This document shows positions 13,026 through 24,761 of a DNA stretch of 64,000 nucleotides, piece by piece. A program made the position numbers and the translations under genes. The notes under the pieces are model-generated. The model searched no databases. It was not told where the DNA came from and saw only the letters and a program-made list of their open reading frames with translations. The DNA is from Anthoceros angustus (lineage: Eukaryota; Plantae; Anthocerotophyta): assembly GCA_010909165.1 (NCBI GenBank), contig VJWM01000044.1:1240001-1304000 (forward strand). The letters are read 5' to 3'. The stretch's first letter is position 1. Each line of letters begins with the position of its first letter.

Positions 13026-16000
13026 CTATCTATCATCAGATATCTTTCTGCCCGTGTCCATCTTTATTTTGGAGAACACCTGATTCAACCTTGCTTCACT
13101 CTTAGGATGCTTCCTATCCACAACCGAAAAGCTATGCACCAAGCCATCTATGCCTGTCCACCAGCTCTGACCTGGCTGTTTCCATGCCTTAATCCGTATT
13201 CTCCTCATATGCATCTCATGTGCCTGCTCCCACATCTGGGCACTGGTGTATATGTTTGACATCAACACATACGCTGCAGCATCTTTCTTGTCTACCTCCA
13301 CTGCTTGGTTGAATGCATGGCGTCCCACCTCCACGTTGCTCCACTTTTGACAAGCACACAAGAGGGTGTGCCAAATTGCAGAATTGGGCAGCATAGGCAT
13401 TGTCGTTACCAGCACTAGTGCCTCATCCAGGTGACCAGCACGGCCAAGGAGATCCACCATGCATGTGTAGTGCTCCACTGTGGGAGTGATGCTGTATTGT
13501 CTGCTCATAGCTTCAAAATACTGTCTACCCTTGCTCACTAGACCTGCATGACTGCACACTGTTAGTACACTAAGGAATGTAATACCTACTGGCTGTATGC
13601 CATCCTCTCTCATTCTCTCGACCAAGTCAAAGACCACTTCACTCTTTCCTTGACAGGTGTAGGCTGCAATCAGTGCACTCCAGGTAACAACGTCTTTTTC
13701 AGGCAGCGCATCAAACACCTGCTGTGCATCAACCACGCTCCCAGACTTTCCATACATGTTTATCAAACAACCCGCTACAAGTACATCAGCATGGAGCCCT
13801 TGTTCTTCAATCTGTGCATGTAGCTGTCTTCCCAGATGCAAAGCTGCCACATTTGCAGAAGCCCGCAGGAGGGACACAAAAGTCACTGAATTAGGTGCAG
13901 CGATGCCTTCTTGCATAGTGATGTAAAGACTAAGGGCTTCTTGGAGCATGCCCTGCTGGGAGTAGCCTGCTATCATAGCATTCCACGTCACCACATCTTT
14001 TTGACAAAGGCTATCAAACACATTGCGAGCATCCTCTAGACTGCCACACTTTGCATACATGTTCACCAAACTGTTGGATACAAAGAGGTCAGCCTGATGT
14101 CCTCGGGCTCTAATTTGCACATGAAGCTCCTTGCCTGTGTCCAATGCTAGGGTACCCAAACTTGCGCATGCCTGCAGGAGGCAGGCAAATGTTACAGAAT
14201 CTGGCACAGCTCTGCCTTCTGCTTGCATAGCACTGTAAAGAGAAAGCGCTTCCTGGCCCATCCCCTGCTGTGAATACCCTGCTATCATAGCATTCCATGA
14301 TACCACATCTTTTTGACCAAGCTCATCAAACACTCGGCGAGCATCTTCTATGCTGCCACACTTTGCAAACATGTTTACCAAGCTGTTAGCTATAAACAGA
14401 TCAGCTTGGTGCACCCGTTCTTTCATTTGCGCATGAATCTGCTTTCCCGTCTCCAAAGCTGGTTTGCCCAGACTTGCACATGCCTGCAAGAGGCACACAA
14501 ATGTCACAGAATCGGGTAAAGCCGTGACTTCCTTTTCTTGCATAGCAGTAAAAAGACCAAGGGCTTCATGGCCCATGCCCTGCTGGGAGTACCCTCCCAT
14601 CATTGCATTCCACATCACCACATCTTTTTGATTGATTCCTTCAAAGACGCTTTGGGCGTCCTTCAAGCTGCCACACTTTGCATACATGTTCACCAAACTA
14701 CTGGCTATGAACACATCTGCCTGAAGTCCTTGTTCTCTGATTTGAGCATGAAGCTGCTGCCCCATCTCAAAAGCTGAGGTCCCAACACTTGCACATGCCT
14801 GCAGGAGGGACACAAATGTCGTGGAATCAGGTACAACCATGCCTTTTTCTCGCATAGCACTGTAAAGACAAAGGGCTTCCTGGCCCAGGCCCAGGTTGGA
14901 ATACCCTGCTATCATGGCATTCCACACCACCACGTTTTTTGGATCAAGTCCATCAAGGACAGTCCGTGCATCTTCCAAGCTCCCACACTTTGCATACATG
15001 TTAACCAAACTGCTGGCTACATACACATCAGCTTGATATCCCCATTCTCTAATTTGCGCATGCAGCTGCTTCCCCTTCTCCAAAGCTTGTGTTCCCACAC
15101 TTGCACATGCCTGCAGGAGGCACACAAATGTCACACTATTGGGTGCAGTCATGCGCTCTTCTTGCATATCACTGTAGAGACAAAGGGCTTTCTGGCCCAT
15201 GCCCTGCTGGGAATAGCCTGCAATTAGAGCAGTCCATGTCACCACATTTTTCTGGCTGAGTTTATCAAACACTCTCTGTGCATCTTCCAAGCTACCACAC
15301 TTAGCGTACATGTTCACCAAACTGTTGGCTAGCAACAGACCAGCTTGGAGTTCTTGTTCCCTAATCTGTGCATGAAGCAGCTTTCCCTTTTCCAAAGCCG
15401 GAGAGCCTATACTTGCACAGGCCTGCAGGAGGGACACAAATGTCATGGAATCAGGTAAAACCATGCCTTCTTCCTGCATGGCACTGTAGAGATTAAGAGC
15501 TCTCTGGCCCATGCCCTGACGGGAATACCCAGCTATCATGGAATTCCATGTGACCACATCTTTTCGACCCAGTACATCAAACACAGATTGAGCGTCTTGC
15601 AAGCTACCACACTTAGCATACATGTTCACTAAACTGCTGGCTACAAACACATCTTCTTGATGTCCTCCATCGTTGATTTGCCCATGGATCTGCTTCCCCG
15701 TTTCCAAAGCTGCGGTGCCCACACTTGCACATGCCTGCAGGAGGCATGCAAATGTCACAGCATCAGGTGCAGCCATGCCATCTTCTTGCATACTCTTGTA
15801 GAGACAAAGGGCTTCCTGGCCCATGCCCTGCTGGGAATACCCTGCTATCATGGAATTCCACGTGACCACAGTTTTTTGACTAAGTTCGTCAAACAATTTT
15901 CGGGCATCTTCCAAGCTGCCACACTTTGAATACATGTTCACCAAAGTATTTGCTACAAACACATCAGCTTGCAACCCTTGCTCTCTAATTTGTGTGTGAA

Positions 16001-17962
16001 GCTGCTTGCCTTTCCCCAAGGCTGGAGTGCCCACACTTGCACATGCCTGCAGGAGGCTCTTAAATGTGACAGAATCAGGTGCGACCATGCCTTCTTCTTG
16101 CATAGCACCGTAAAGCATAAGGGCTTCTTGGGCCATGCCGAGCTCAGAATATCCTGCTATCATTGCATTCCATGTCACCACATCCTTCTGGGCAAGTCTG
16201 TCAAACACACTTTGAGCATCTTCCAAGCTGCCACACTTTGAATACATGTTCACCAAACTGCTGGCTACAAACAAATCACCTTCCTCACCTCTTTCTCTAA
16301 TCTTTTCATGAAGCTGCTTCCCTGTCTCCAAAGCCAGGTTTCCCACACTTGCGCATGCCTGTAAGAGACACACAAATGTCACGGAATCAGGTACAGACAT
16401 GCCTTCTACTAGCATGGCACTGTAAAGACGTAAGGCTTCCTGGCCCAAGCCGTGCTGAGAATACCCTGCTATCATGGCATTCCATGCCACTACATCTTTC
16501 TGACCAAGTCCGTCAAACACTGTTTGAGCATCTTCCAAGCTGCCACACTTAACATACATGTTCACCAAACTGCTGGCTACAAACAAATCACCTTCCTCAC
16601 CTCTTTCTCTAATCTTTCATGAAGCTGCTTCCCTGTCTCCAAAGCCAGGTTTCCCACACTTGCGCATGCCTGTAAGAGACACACAAATGTCACGGAATCA
16701 GGTACAGACATGCCTTCTACTAGCATGGCACTGTAAAGACGTAAGGCTTCCTGGCCCAAGCCGTGCTGAGAATACCCTGCTATCATGGCATTCCATGCCA
16801 CTACATCTTTCTGACCAAGTCCGTCAAACACTGTTTGAGCATCTTCCAAGCTGCCACACTTAACATACATGTTCACCAAACTGCTGGCTACAAACACATC
16901 AGCTTGATGTCCGTGTTTCACAATTTGGAGATGAAGTCGCCTTCCCACCTCCAAACCTGGGGTGCCCACAGATGCACAGGCCTGCAAAAGACACACAAAT
17001 GTCACAGAATCTGGTACCACCATGCCTTCTTCTTGCATAGCACTGTAGAGACGAAGGGCTTCCTGGCCAATGCCTTCCTTGGAGTATCCTGCAATTAGAG
17101 CAGTCCACGTCACCAAATCTTTTCTACTAAGTCCGTCGAACACTCTGTGAGCGTCTTGCAAGCTGCCACACTTTGCATACATATCCACCAAGCAACTAGA
17201 AACGAACAAATCAGGCTCACCGCCACAAGCCAACAAATCAGTATGCACCTGCTGCCCAGTTTTCAAGTGTGATCCCCTTGCACAGGCCTGAAGGGCTGCC
17301 ACAAATACGTGGCCATCTGGCTGCACGCTTGTCCTGCGCATCCGGTCATACAGTTGTATGGCCTGCTTGTCTTGTCCATGTCTAACATGCGCAGAAATTA
17401 TGGCCGACCACGTGAAAGCATCTGGTCTGGCAATCTCTTCGAACACATCCATCGCATCTTGCAACCTGCCATGAGAAGCGTACATTCGCAGAATGTGGTT
17501 GCACAGGAACGTATCAGACCCGTGTCCCGTTTTCACGGTAAAAGCATGGACAAGGCGACCCAGAGGTAGATCCTTCTTGACTGCACACTTCTTCACGACA
17601 GTAATAAAGACAGATGAGGAAACACAACAGTCGGTTTGTACCAGAACTCCCAGAGCCTCAACAGCTTCAGCGAGATGGCCCTGATGACATAGATTGCTCA
17701 CGGTTTCAGCCGTCACGCTAATTTCGCATCCTGCAGGGCTGCGCGGGCTAGGCTCATCCGGCAAGCTCCAATTGGATTTGGAGGCACGACGACCCATATG
17801 CGGATCCACAGCCGCAACCTGGGCATCTACCTTGCACAAATTGGTCGGCCAGACAAGCTCCTGGGACTGTCTATGCCGGCGGCCGAAAGGACCATCGCCA
17901 GCACAACATCGCCTTGGACTGGCTGGCGCTCTTACACGGGTGCTGGGCCTGGCGAGTTCCAT
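13026..17962 (-). CDS. Intronless PLS-class PPR protein with E domains and an E+/truncated WW-type DYW start; organellar RNA-editing factor; split by a frameshift at ~16615
   Basis: About 13 P-L-S triplets (VVAWNAMIAGY / SVTFVCLLQACAS / FVASSLVNMYAKCG); E1/E2 (EHYTCMVDLLGRAG, AAYVLMSNIY); then KQPGQSWWT...HSF...HP and a stop, with no HxE/CxxC. The N-terminus looks like a transit peptide. Confidence 0.93.
16242..16895. repeat. Near-exact tandem duplication of one PLS triplet (312/311 bp)
   Basis: The copies are identical except TCTTTTCAT versus TCTTTCAT, a 1-nt loss that causes the frameshift. Confidence 0.9.
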
Positions 17963-18456
17963 GTTCGCGAAATGCTTGATTCCTTCAAATCAGGCGACCG
18001 GGACTTGTCCTACAAATGCTTGTCAAACCGCCAGTTTCTCCGGTCCACGAAAATTGGTACCACGACGGGTCCCGCCGGCCATTGGCAGCACACAGGACAG
18101 CCATAGAGAGCACTCGAGCACGCTCATGAGAAAACAAAATTCGAATGAGCCGCACTGGGCAAACTTCGTTCACACGGGCTGACATAGTATCCCTTCCCGG
18201 GCTTAAAATACAACTCCGTAGTGGTTACGGACATCGATACTCAATACGGTATATACAATGTTACAACACGTTCACGTTTCAGAGGACATTGACTGACGAC
18301 TGCGCGGTCAGACGGCGAAGTCCTGGACGAACGGGTTTCCATGGACCCGTACCAAAATGGCGGGTGGCATCCCAGGCATCCTAAGCAAGTTTAGCAAGCG
18401 CCAGCCGGACAAAGCGCTATAATACCTGAAAGGAATGAGAGACTCTTTGGGCGTGC

Positions 18457-20870
18457 TCACTCCCAATCAATATCATCCTCTTCATCCTCCTCCATATCAG
18501 TCGTTTGCTGTACGGCTCCAGGAGGAGTCTCACTAGGCACCTCATTCAAATCAACCGACGGCTCCTCTGGCGCAGGTGTAGAAGCATCTACCCCTGCAAT
18601 TACAAGGGTCAGCAAGCGAATGGCAGACAGACTGCAAACAACATAAGCCGCTGAACATGTAACAAGTGATGTACCTTGCTCCGGTTCCGCAGTCACTTGT
18701 TCAGAAGCTTGTTGCCGCTTAAGCAATGCTGCATAATATGCCTTAATATACTCCTCCTAGATAAAACCACAGGGCACAGCCATCAGAACGTTAGGCAAAT
18801 TTGTACATACTCGCTGGTGCAGAACCGAACCATTCAGCTGACCAAATGCCTCGAACCATCATTCACTTACCTGTATCTTTCTTTGTACAGCCTCCTTGTC
18901 ATCTACAGGCTCACCAACTTGAGAGGTTGGCACTTCAGCACCCTCCTCCTGCTTTGGCCCGTCTCCACGTTGCTCAGAAGTCAATGACATGCCTTGCCTT
19001 ATCATCCACGGCGGAAGCACCTTTTGAGCAGCAGCTCCTGCTTCCTCCTTGGCACCTTTGTCCTTAGCATCCAGGTCCACTACAACCTGACCCGATCACA
19101 ATTCCAGAAAAAAATCCTTAGCATCTTCATGAAGAAAGTCTTGCAAAAGGATGAAGTGAGCAATAGTGGGCACTTACCGTGGTTTCACCCATATGTATAG
19201 AGGTGCCAGAAATCCCCTGTCCATGCGAGGGTTTGCGCAAGACACCATCTTCATCCATTGCTGCCCGTCCATGTGCGACTGCCCTACTTTCCCACTCTGC
19301 TAACGTTTTGAATTCTGGAGGGGCTACGTCTTTCAACTTGGCAATTTGATCTAGCAAAGGTTTAAAATTAACCTGAAGTGGTAAAACAGTAGGATTGTTA
19401 GAAAAGCGAAAGTGATTGTGACCCAATAACAAAAGATACAGTGACGAACCTCCAGTTTCTCGTAGAGCTCCTTCAGCGTCTCCCTCCTCCTTCGCCTCGC
19501 ATTGTCTTCTCCTTCGCCACTGCGAACCTCTTCGGCAGCCAATTTATCACTCTCTGCCACCAGCTCACAGTCGCAATTCTCACAGTGGAAATTCCCGTCG
19601 AAGGGGTTGACCAGCCTAAGTACATCTAAAGCCGTATACCTGCAGACCACAAGCTTACTGGCGTCATTATCAGTCTCGCCTGAAATGCAAGGTTTCCCTG
19701 TTACCACAAACTGCAGTGACCCAGATTAAATAGGCAGAGGAAAATGACATGCCTACGACCACAACCAGCACTTGGACAGATATACTCTTGAACAGTGTTG
19801 CGATCCTCTAATTCATCCTTGATCTTCTTTTTAGCTCGATGAATTCGGTAACGAACAACATCATAAACCTGTAGTTCCATCCGCAACGATCACTGTCACA
19901 CTTGGGATTACAAGACTGACAAGTGTCCAAATTCTCAAGGTAAGGAGGAAGGAAGCACCTGAGCATAGTCCAGACAGCAGTACGAGTGTGTATGGACCTT
20001 CAACTTCTCCTCCTGCTGAGGTTCGCCGCCATTCTCACTCACAGCAGCAACGGCAGCATTAAACACCTTGGCAGCTTTGACATTCTGCGATTCCATGCCA
20101 CACCCAAATACGTCAGTCCCCATCATAACCTCCAAGAAAGCTGGCAGTCAGACGTCTGCACACGGACTACTACCTCTCGCCGATGCTCCCTAACCACTAG
20201 CCACTCCTGCTCTAAGACTCGCAGCGTCCGCCGAAGCTGCTTTGGATGCAACCCTAAGCGTTTGGCGAGATCCTCCTCCTTCACCCATTCCCGTCTGCAC
20301 AGTCAGCAAATTCTGCCATCAGAACGTCCTGCTGTTGCAGCGCTACGGGAAACACATGCTCTCCATAACATGGTTTGTTAGATCCAACGCCCCACCTTGT
20401 CAGCGCATCCAGAATCACGACCGCTATCCCTCGATTGTCCGACTTGTCAGACTTGCTGCGATTAGTTCCCTTGGACGGAATCTCCTCATCATAGAAAGCC
20501 CTAGCCACAAGCTTCACCAGCCTGGAGCAAAATTGGCCATGAGCTCACAAGCCCTCCTAAATGGACAGCCAACGAGAGAACGATGTGCAGAATTCAACAT
20601 CCACCTCTTATATGAATTATAGCCAGCCATCTAAGCCTGACGTAGGGCCAGCTTTTGCAAATGGCAGAAGAGACCTCTTGTCTCTGCGCCTACTTGTTCC
20701 CTATCCCTAATCTGAGGAAGTATTGTCACTTTCCGCCGCTGCGGTGTTGGCTATGACGGAGAAAATGCCCAGGAACTCGGCACAGGCTACAGACGTGGCC
20801 GCAGATGCAGTGGGCAGATATACGACCACCTTGAATTGCGCCTATTGCTTCAAGTTCACCTTGAGCCCAT
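18457..20870 (-). CDS. General transcription factor IIE subunit alpha, multi-exon
   Basis: RLVKLVARAFYD...DNRGIAVVILDAL; WVKEEDLAKRL; HTHSYCCLDYAQ; zinc ribbon YICPSAGCGR...FHCENCDCEL; KVLPPWMI; acidic end EDDIDWE*. The start exon ATGGGCTCAAG|gt (20870-20860) is inferred from phase. Confidence 0.93.
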
Positions 20871-21424
20871 CGGAGATGAGAACCTCCGCAAATGCTCCCC
20901 CTTGCTGCTCATCATCTGCTCGTGCACAGAGCAAAGCTTTCTCGTCGCTATCTTCCGCGACAGGGCCGGACCGAAAAGGATTCCTTGATTGAAGGGAGTA
21001 TGTATGAGGGGTGTCACTGATGAGAGGACACTTGGCTTACAGTTTCACGAAATGGACAACACGAGTGTGTGCGAGGCGGGGCTTTATGCGGACTACAAGT
21101 ATGTCCGAGGACTTACTTATATATAGACTGCCGGCAGCGACCTAAAGGAAAGTGCTCGATGCAAGTTACCTGTTTAGGCCAGTTACCTTTTATGTAAGTT
21201 ACCTTATATGTACAAATTATTTTTATCATGTATAAAATTACTTTTTCATGTATAAATTAGATATTTTATCTCTTCATCCCATTTGGGTGTTGGTTAAAGA
21301 CTTTGATAAATTTTTGAAGCCTTGTGCCAAAACATACCATGCAAGCATATATACAAGATTCGGAAACTTGTGATCACCAATGGTATATGGTAATGGTGCC
21401 CACAATTGATTTTGGGAGCGGATT

Positions 21425-21770
21425 ATCTCCTTCTTATTGCAGAGTATTCTTTCAATCCAAGTATTCATTGTCCTCCAAAGGCAATTACAGGGATTATCTT
21501 ATGGACGGAGCAGTCTTTGGACTACGGGATATCCATGGCCCTCCAAAGCCACTTGCTCGGGCTATCTTACGGACGGAGCATTCTTTATACCGTGGGATAT
21601 CCAGGGCCCTCCAAAGGCACTTGTTGGGGCTATCTTACGGACGGAGCATTCTTTCGACCACGGATATCCATTGCCATCCAAAGGCATTTGCAGGCACTAT
21701 TTTACGGACAGAGCATTCTTTCGACCATGGATATCCATTGGCTTCCAAAGGCACTTGAAGGCTATCTTAT
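21425..21770. repeat. ~67-68 bp minisatellite, ~5 diverged copies
   Basis: Unit approximates CTATCTTACGGACGGAGCATTCTTTCGACCAYGGATATCCATGGCCCTCCAAAGGCACTTG, starting at ~21493, 21561, 21629 and 21696, plus one degenerate upstream copy. Confidence 0.9.
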
Positions 21771-21774
21771 TTGC

Positions 21775-22740
21775 TAGAGATAGTAACCATTCCCCTCCCA
21801 ACCTGGAGGGTTAAGAATAACATGTTTGCAGACACTGTTCCAGGTGGGATCGGTTACAACCACATCAATTACCGAAACCTGATTCCCCTGGGTCAAAAAT
21901 AGATCAGCCCCAAGCGAAACCCCGTTGAGCAGGGTGCAAGGGCGCTCCCTAAATGGAAGGAACCCGCCTTCCCTAGCCATAGAGAACATGACGTCCCAGA
22001 CAACGTCATGCGTAGCGATACATTGCCCACCCGCGGGACAACATCCCAGAGTCATCGAGAGGGCCCCGCAGCTGCAAGTTGAAAGAGATCAAGCTAGAGG
22101 ATGGACCATGCCCAGGCGAAACCGCATCACGATAGAAAAAGTTGCTGGTCCGATGCAGAACTCTTAATTATTGGGTCGAGCTAGAAGCCACGAACCAACC
22201 CCTTCCCCGAGCAAGAGCAGAGACGAGCCCGAGTGGGCTTAGGAATGGAGGAATCCCGGAGGAGGGCCAATTGCGCCTGCCCGTACTGTTTCTCCATGAG
22301 GGATGCTTGAAGCCCCCGGAGCCCAACCTTGGGAAGCAAGGAAAAAGACAGCATTGCAGCCCTCGCCTCGGAGGATAAAGAGTCCGTGGCTAATCTTAGC
22401 GAGGCCTGCATGGGAAAAGTCCCATGAGGGAGACCAAACCTTGCACTTAATGATTTGGACCTTCAAACCGAGGCGGGAGAGTTCTGAAGCGAAGAAATCA
22501 AACGCCACCTTAACCTTGTCTCTAGACCTGAGGATATGGGTATTGTCGACCACAGACATTTCCACACCAAAGAGGCAGTTGAAGACAAAGCCCTGAAATG
22601 CGCTATGGCAAAGAGAGCCCCCAAGAGGGTCACCTTACCTAGTGCCCCGTCGCCGAGCCAGGAAAGAAACCCTTTCCACCTAGAGGCCATGCTGACAATA
22701 GAGGTTGGAAGAAGACCCATAAAAGGAGTGGACAAAGGGA
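21775..22740 (-). mobile_element. Decayed, 5'-truncated non-LTR retrotransposon with RT and restriction-like endonuclease (CRE/R2-like)
   Basis: GTR*GDPLG (RT QGDPL motif, CAA>TAA) at ~22620-22647; VVDNTHI (YxDD relic); GLKVQIIKCKVW; zinc knuckle RLG..HP..CSCG..CPAGG...HD; RLE-like ADL...IDVVVTDP. Multiple stops and frameshifts. Confidence 0.75.
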
Positions 22741-23292
22741 ATAAGAATAATTACATTTTTTCTTAACCTTTTCTTTTACGCTTTCTAGATTTCCGCGTGT
22801 GGTCGACGGCCTCCCTTATCACATATAAAACGTCAAGGCGATCAGGCACTTTCTACCTAATTCTACCAGAGGCGATCAGGCACTTCCTACCTAGTTCTAC
22901 CAGTGCCGGTTGCATTCTGCAGTGCTTCGCATTGCAGTCTCACTTCGTTGTCTCCAAAATTGCGACGGCGAGAGACGACGCGGATGCAAGATAGACCGAA
23001 GACCATGAACCCACATATCCAGCGGAAAGTCGATGTCCAGTTGTTACCATGCAAGTTTGGCAGCCAAAAGGTTCAACAGGTATGCACACAGGAGCCATGC
23101 CTCCAAAATGTGAGCTAACCAAGGGAAGTTCGTCTCAGACCTCGCATAAGAGGGTGGCCGGTACCGGAGTACCCAGTTCTCCATACAAAGTCCCGTTAAA
23201 CCTAGGGGAATCATTTTCTTCGGGGGAATTCACTGTACATCATAAAACTAGGTCTTAACACTGGTCTGACACGTTCACCATCGACGCCAAAT

Positions 23293-24137
23293 TCAGCTGG
23301 TGTTATTGGAAACGGCTGCTAATCGAGTATACATCAACGCCATTGATTTGTAGCCACGCTGATCACCTGAGCGCAACAAGTTCCCTGCACATCGCAAACC
23401 AGACGCCTATAAGCACCGAAAAAAAAATCCTGAGCAGGTGTCTGAAAACAAGTAGGCAGAGAAGCCAAAAACCACGAGAGTGTACCGCAATCACAATTGA
23501 GAGGACTATCAGCCTCAGGATGGGCCAAGAGAGCGATAACAGCACGGCAGACAGATTGCAGCGTCCATGCAGGGCTCCAGGCGGTCTTGAGAATATCTAG
23601 GCAGATTTCCCCTGTCTGCAAACCGAGGAAGATGGATGAGAAGGGCAACGTTAGGTCAATTTCTGGACATGCTGTCCAACGGAGTCACCCTGGAGAAGCA
23701 GACTCCCACCTTGAAGTGCACATTGGGGTGGAAGATCTTGGTCACAAAACGCACTTGAGGTGGCACAAGAGGATACTGCTCTGGCACGTTAATGGCCAGC
23801 TGGAAAACTCCCTCCTGGTATGGCGTATCTGCAGGGCCCTGGTTGTGACAATCCGGTCAGTCACCACGGCACGGGCGGTGGTTCACAGCTAAAAATTTCC
23901 ACATCAGAATCCAAGCTGCATCTAAAATCCCTCACCTTGATGTGCGCAATCCACCTGTAGATGTTGGTCTCGTTGCATAGTAGCTGGATGTCCGAGTCGT
24001 GCAGCTTGTTGTCTCTCTGCACTTCCTTGTACTCCTTGAACAGCCGTGCTCGTGACGCCTGGAAGCAGCAAACACTCTTCACCAAATCCTCGGGGAAAGG
24101 AACACAGCCACAGTTCTAGGGGCAGGGAGCTTACCAT
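23293..24137 (-). CDS. PEX4: Peroxin-4 / UBC21 ubiquitin-conjugating enzyme
   Basis: M|ASRARLFKEYKEVQR...|GPADTPYQEGVF...FVTKIFHPNVHFK|TGEICLDILKTAWSPAWTLQSVCRAVIALLAHPEADSPLNCDC|GNLLRSGDQRGY...MYTRLAA. The first coding exon is inferred to be the ATG alone (ATG|gtaagc). Confidence 0.93.
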
Positions 24138-24761
24138 TGTGCCCAAAGCGGGCCGGCCGGAGGCGGGAAGTCTGGTTCTAACGAACAGAGTGCCCTAACA
24201 AACGGGGGCAACCAGTTTACCTTTCAAGCATGGCCGCACGTAAGCTCGAGAAAAGTCCAGCACCCGAGAAGAACGGCCTACACAACACGGCCGTTCCTCG
24301 ACATGCCTGGATCTTTCGCAGCAACAGGAGGCGATAGTCCTGGGCGTGTAAGATATGTGCCCTGATTGATGGGACTTGTGAAACTCGTGCCCTGATTAAC
24401 TGAACTCGTGAAGCTCTACATATATAGCCATGTCTCAGTGGAAACTGAGCGTTTCCTCGAAGAACATATCGAAGAAAAAGGTTGTAAATCGCTCAGAGTA
24501 CAAACAACAGGTGGTATGTCTTTACTGCCACAGCTCGCTGTGAGAACCAACAAGGTCAGATGTAACTACAAGTTCCATGTCTCTGGAGAAGGGCCGAGCG
24601 GGCAGGGTGAGAAGTCTTGCATTAGAAAGAGCCGCGACAATTGTGCAATCCACTTGCCTACCTTTCCCGCTCCTCCTCAGGGAAACAATCAATATGCGAT
24701 CCCAACAATTTTGTACATGCCCTCCACAACGGCAATGAAACAACAGACACTGATCACAGCC

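Noticed and set aside
21425-21770. CRISPR-like appearance of the regularly spaced repeats
   Set aside because: Whole units are homologous with no unique spacers, there are no cas genes, and the context is eukaryotic. It is a minisatellite.
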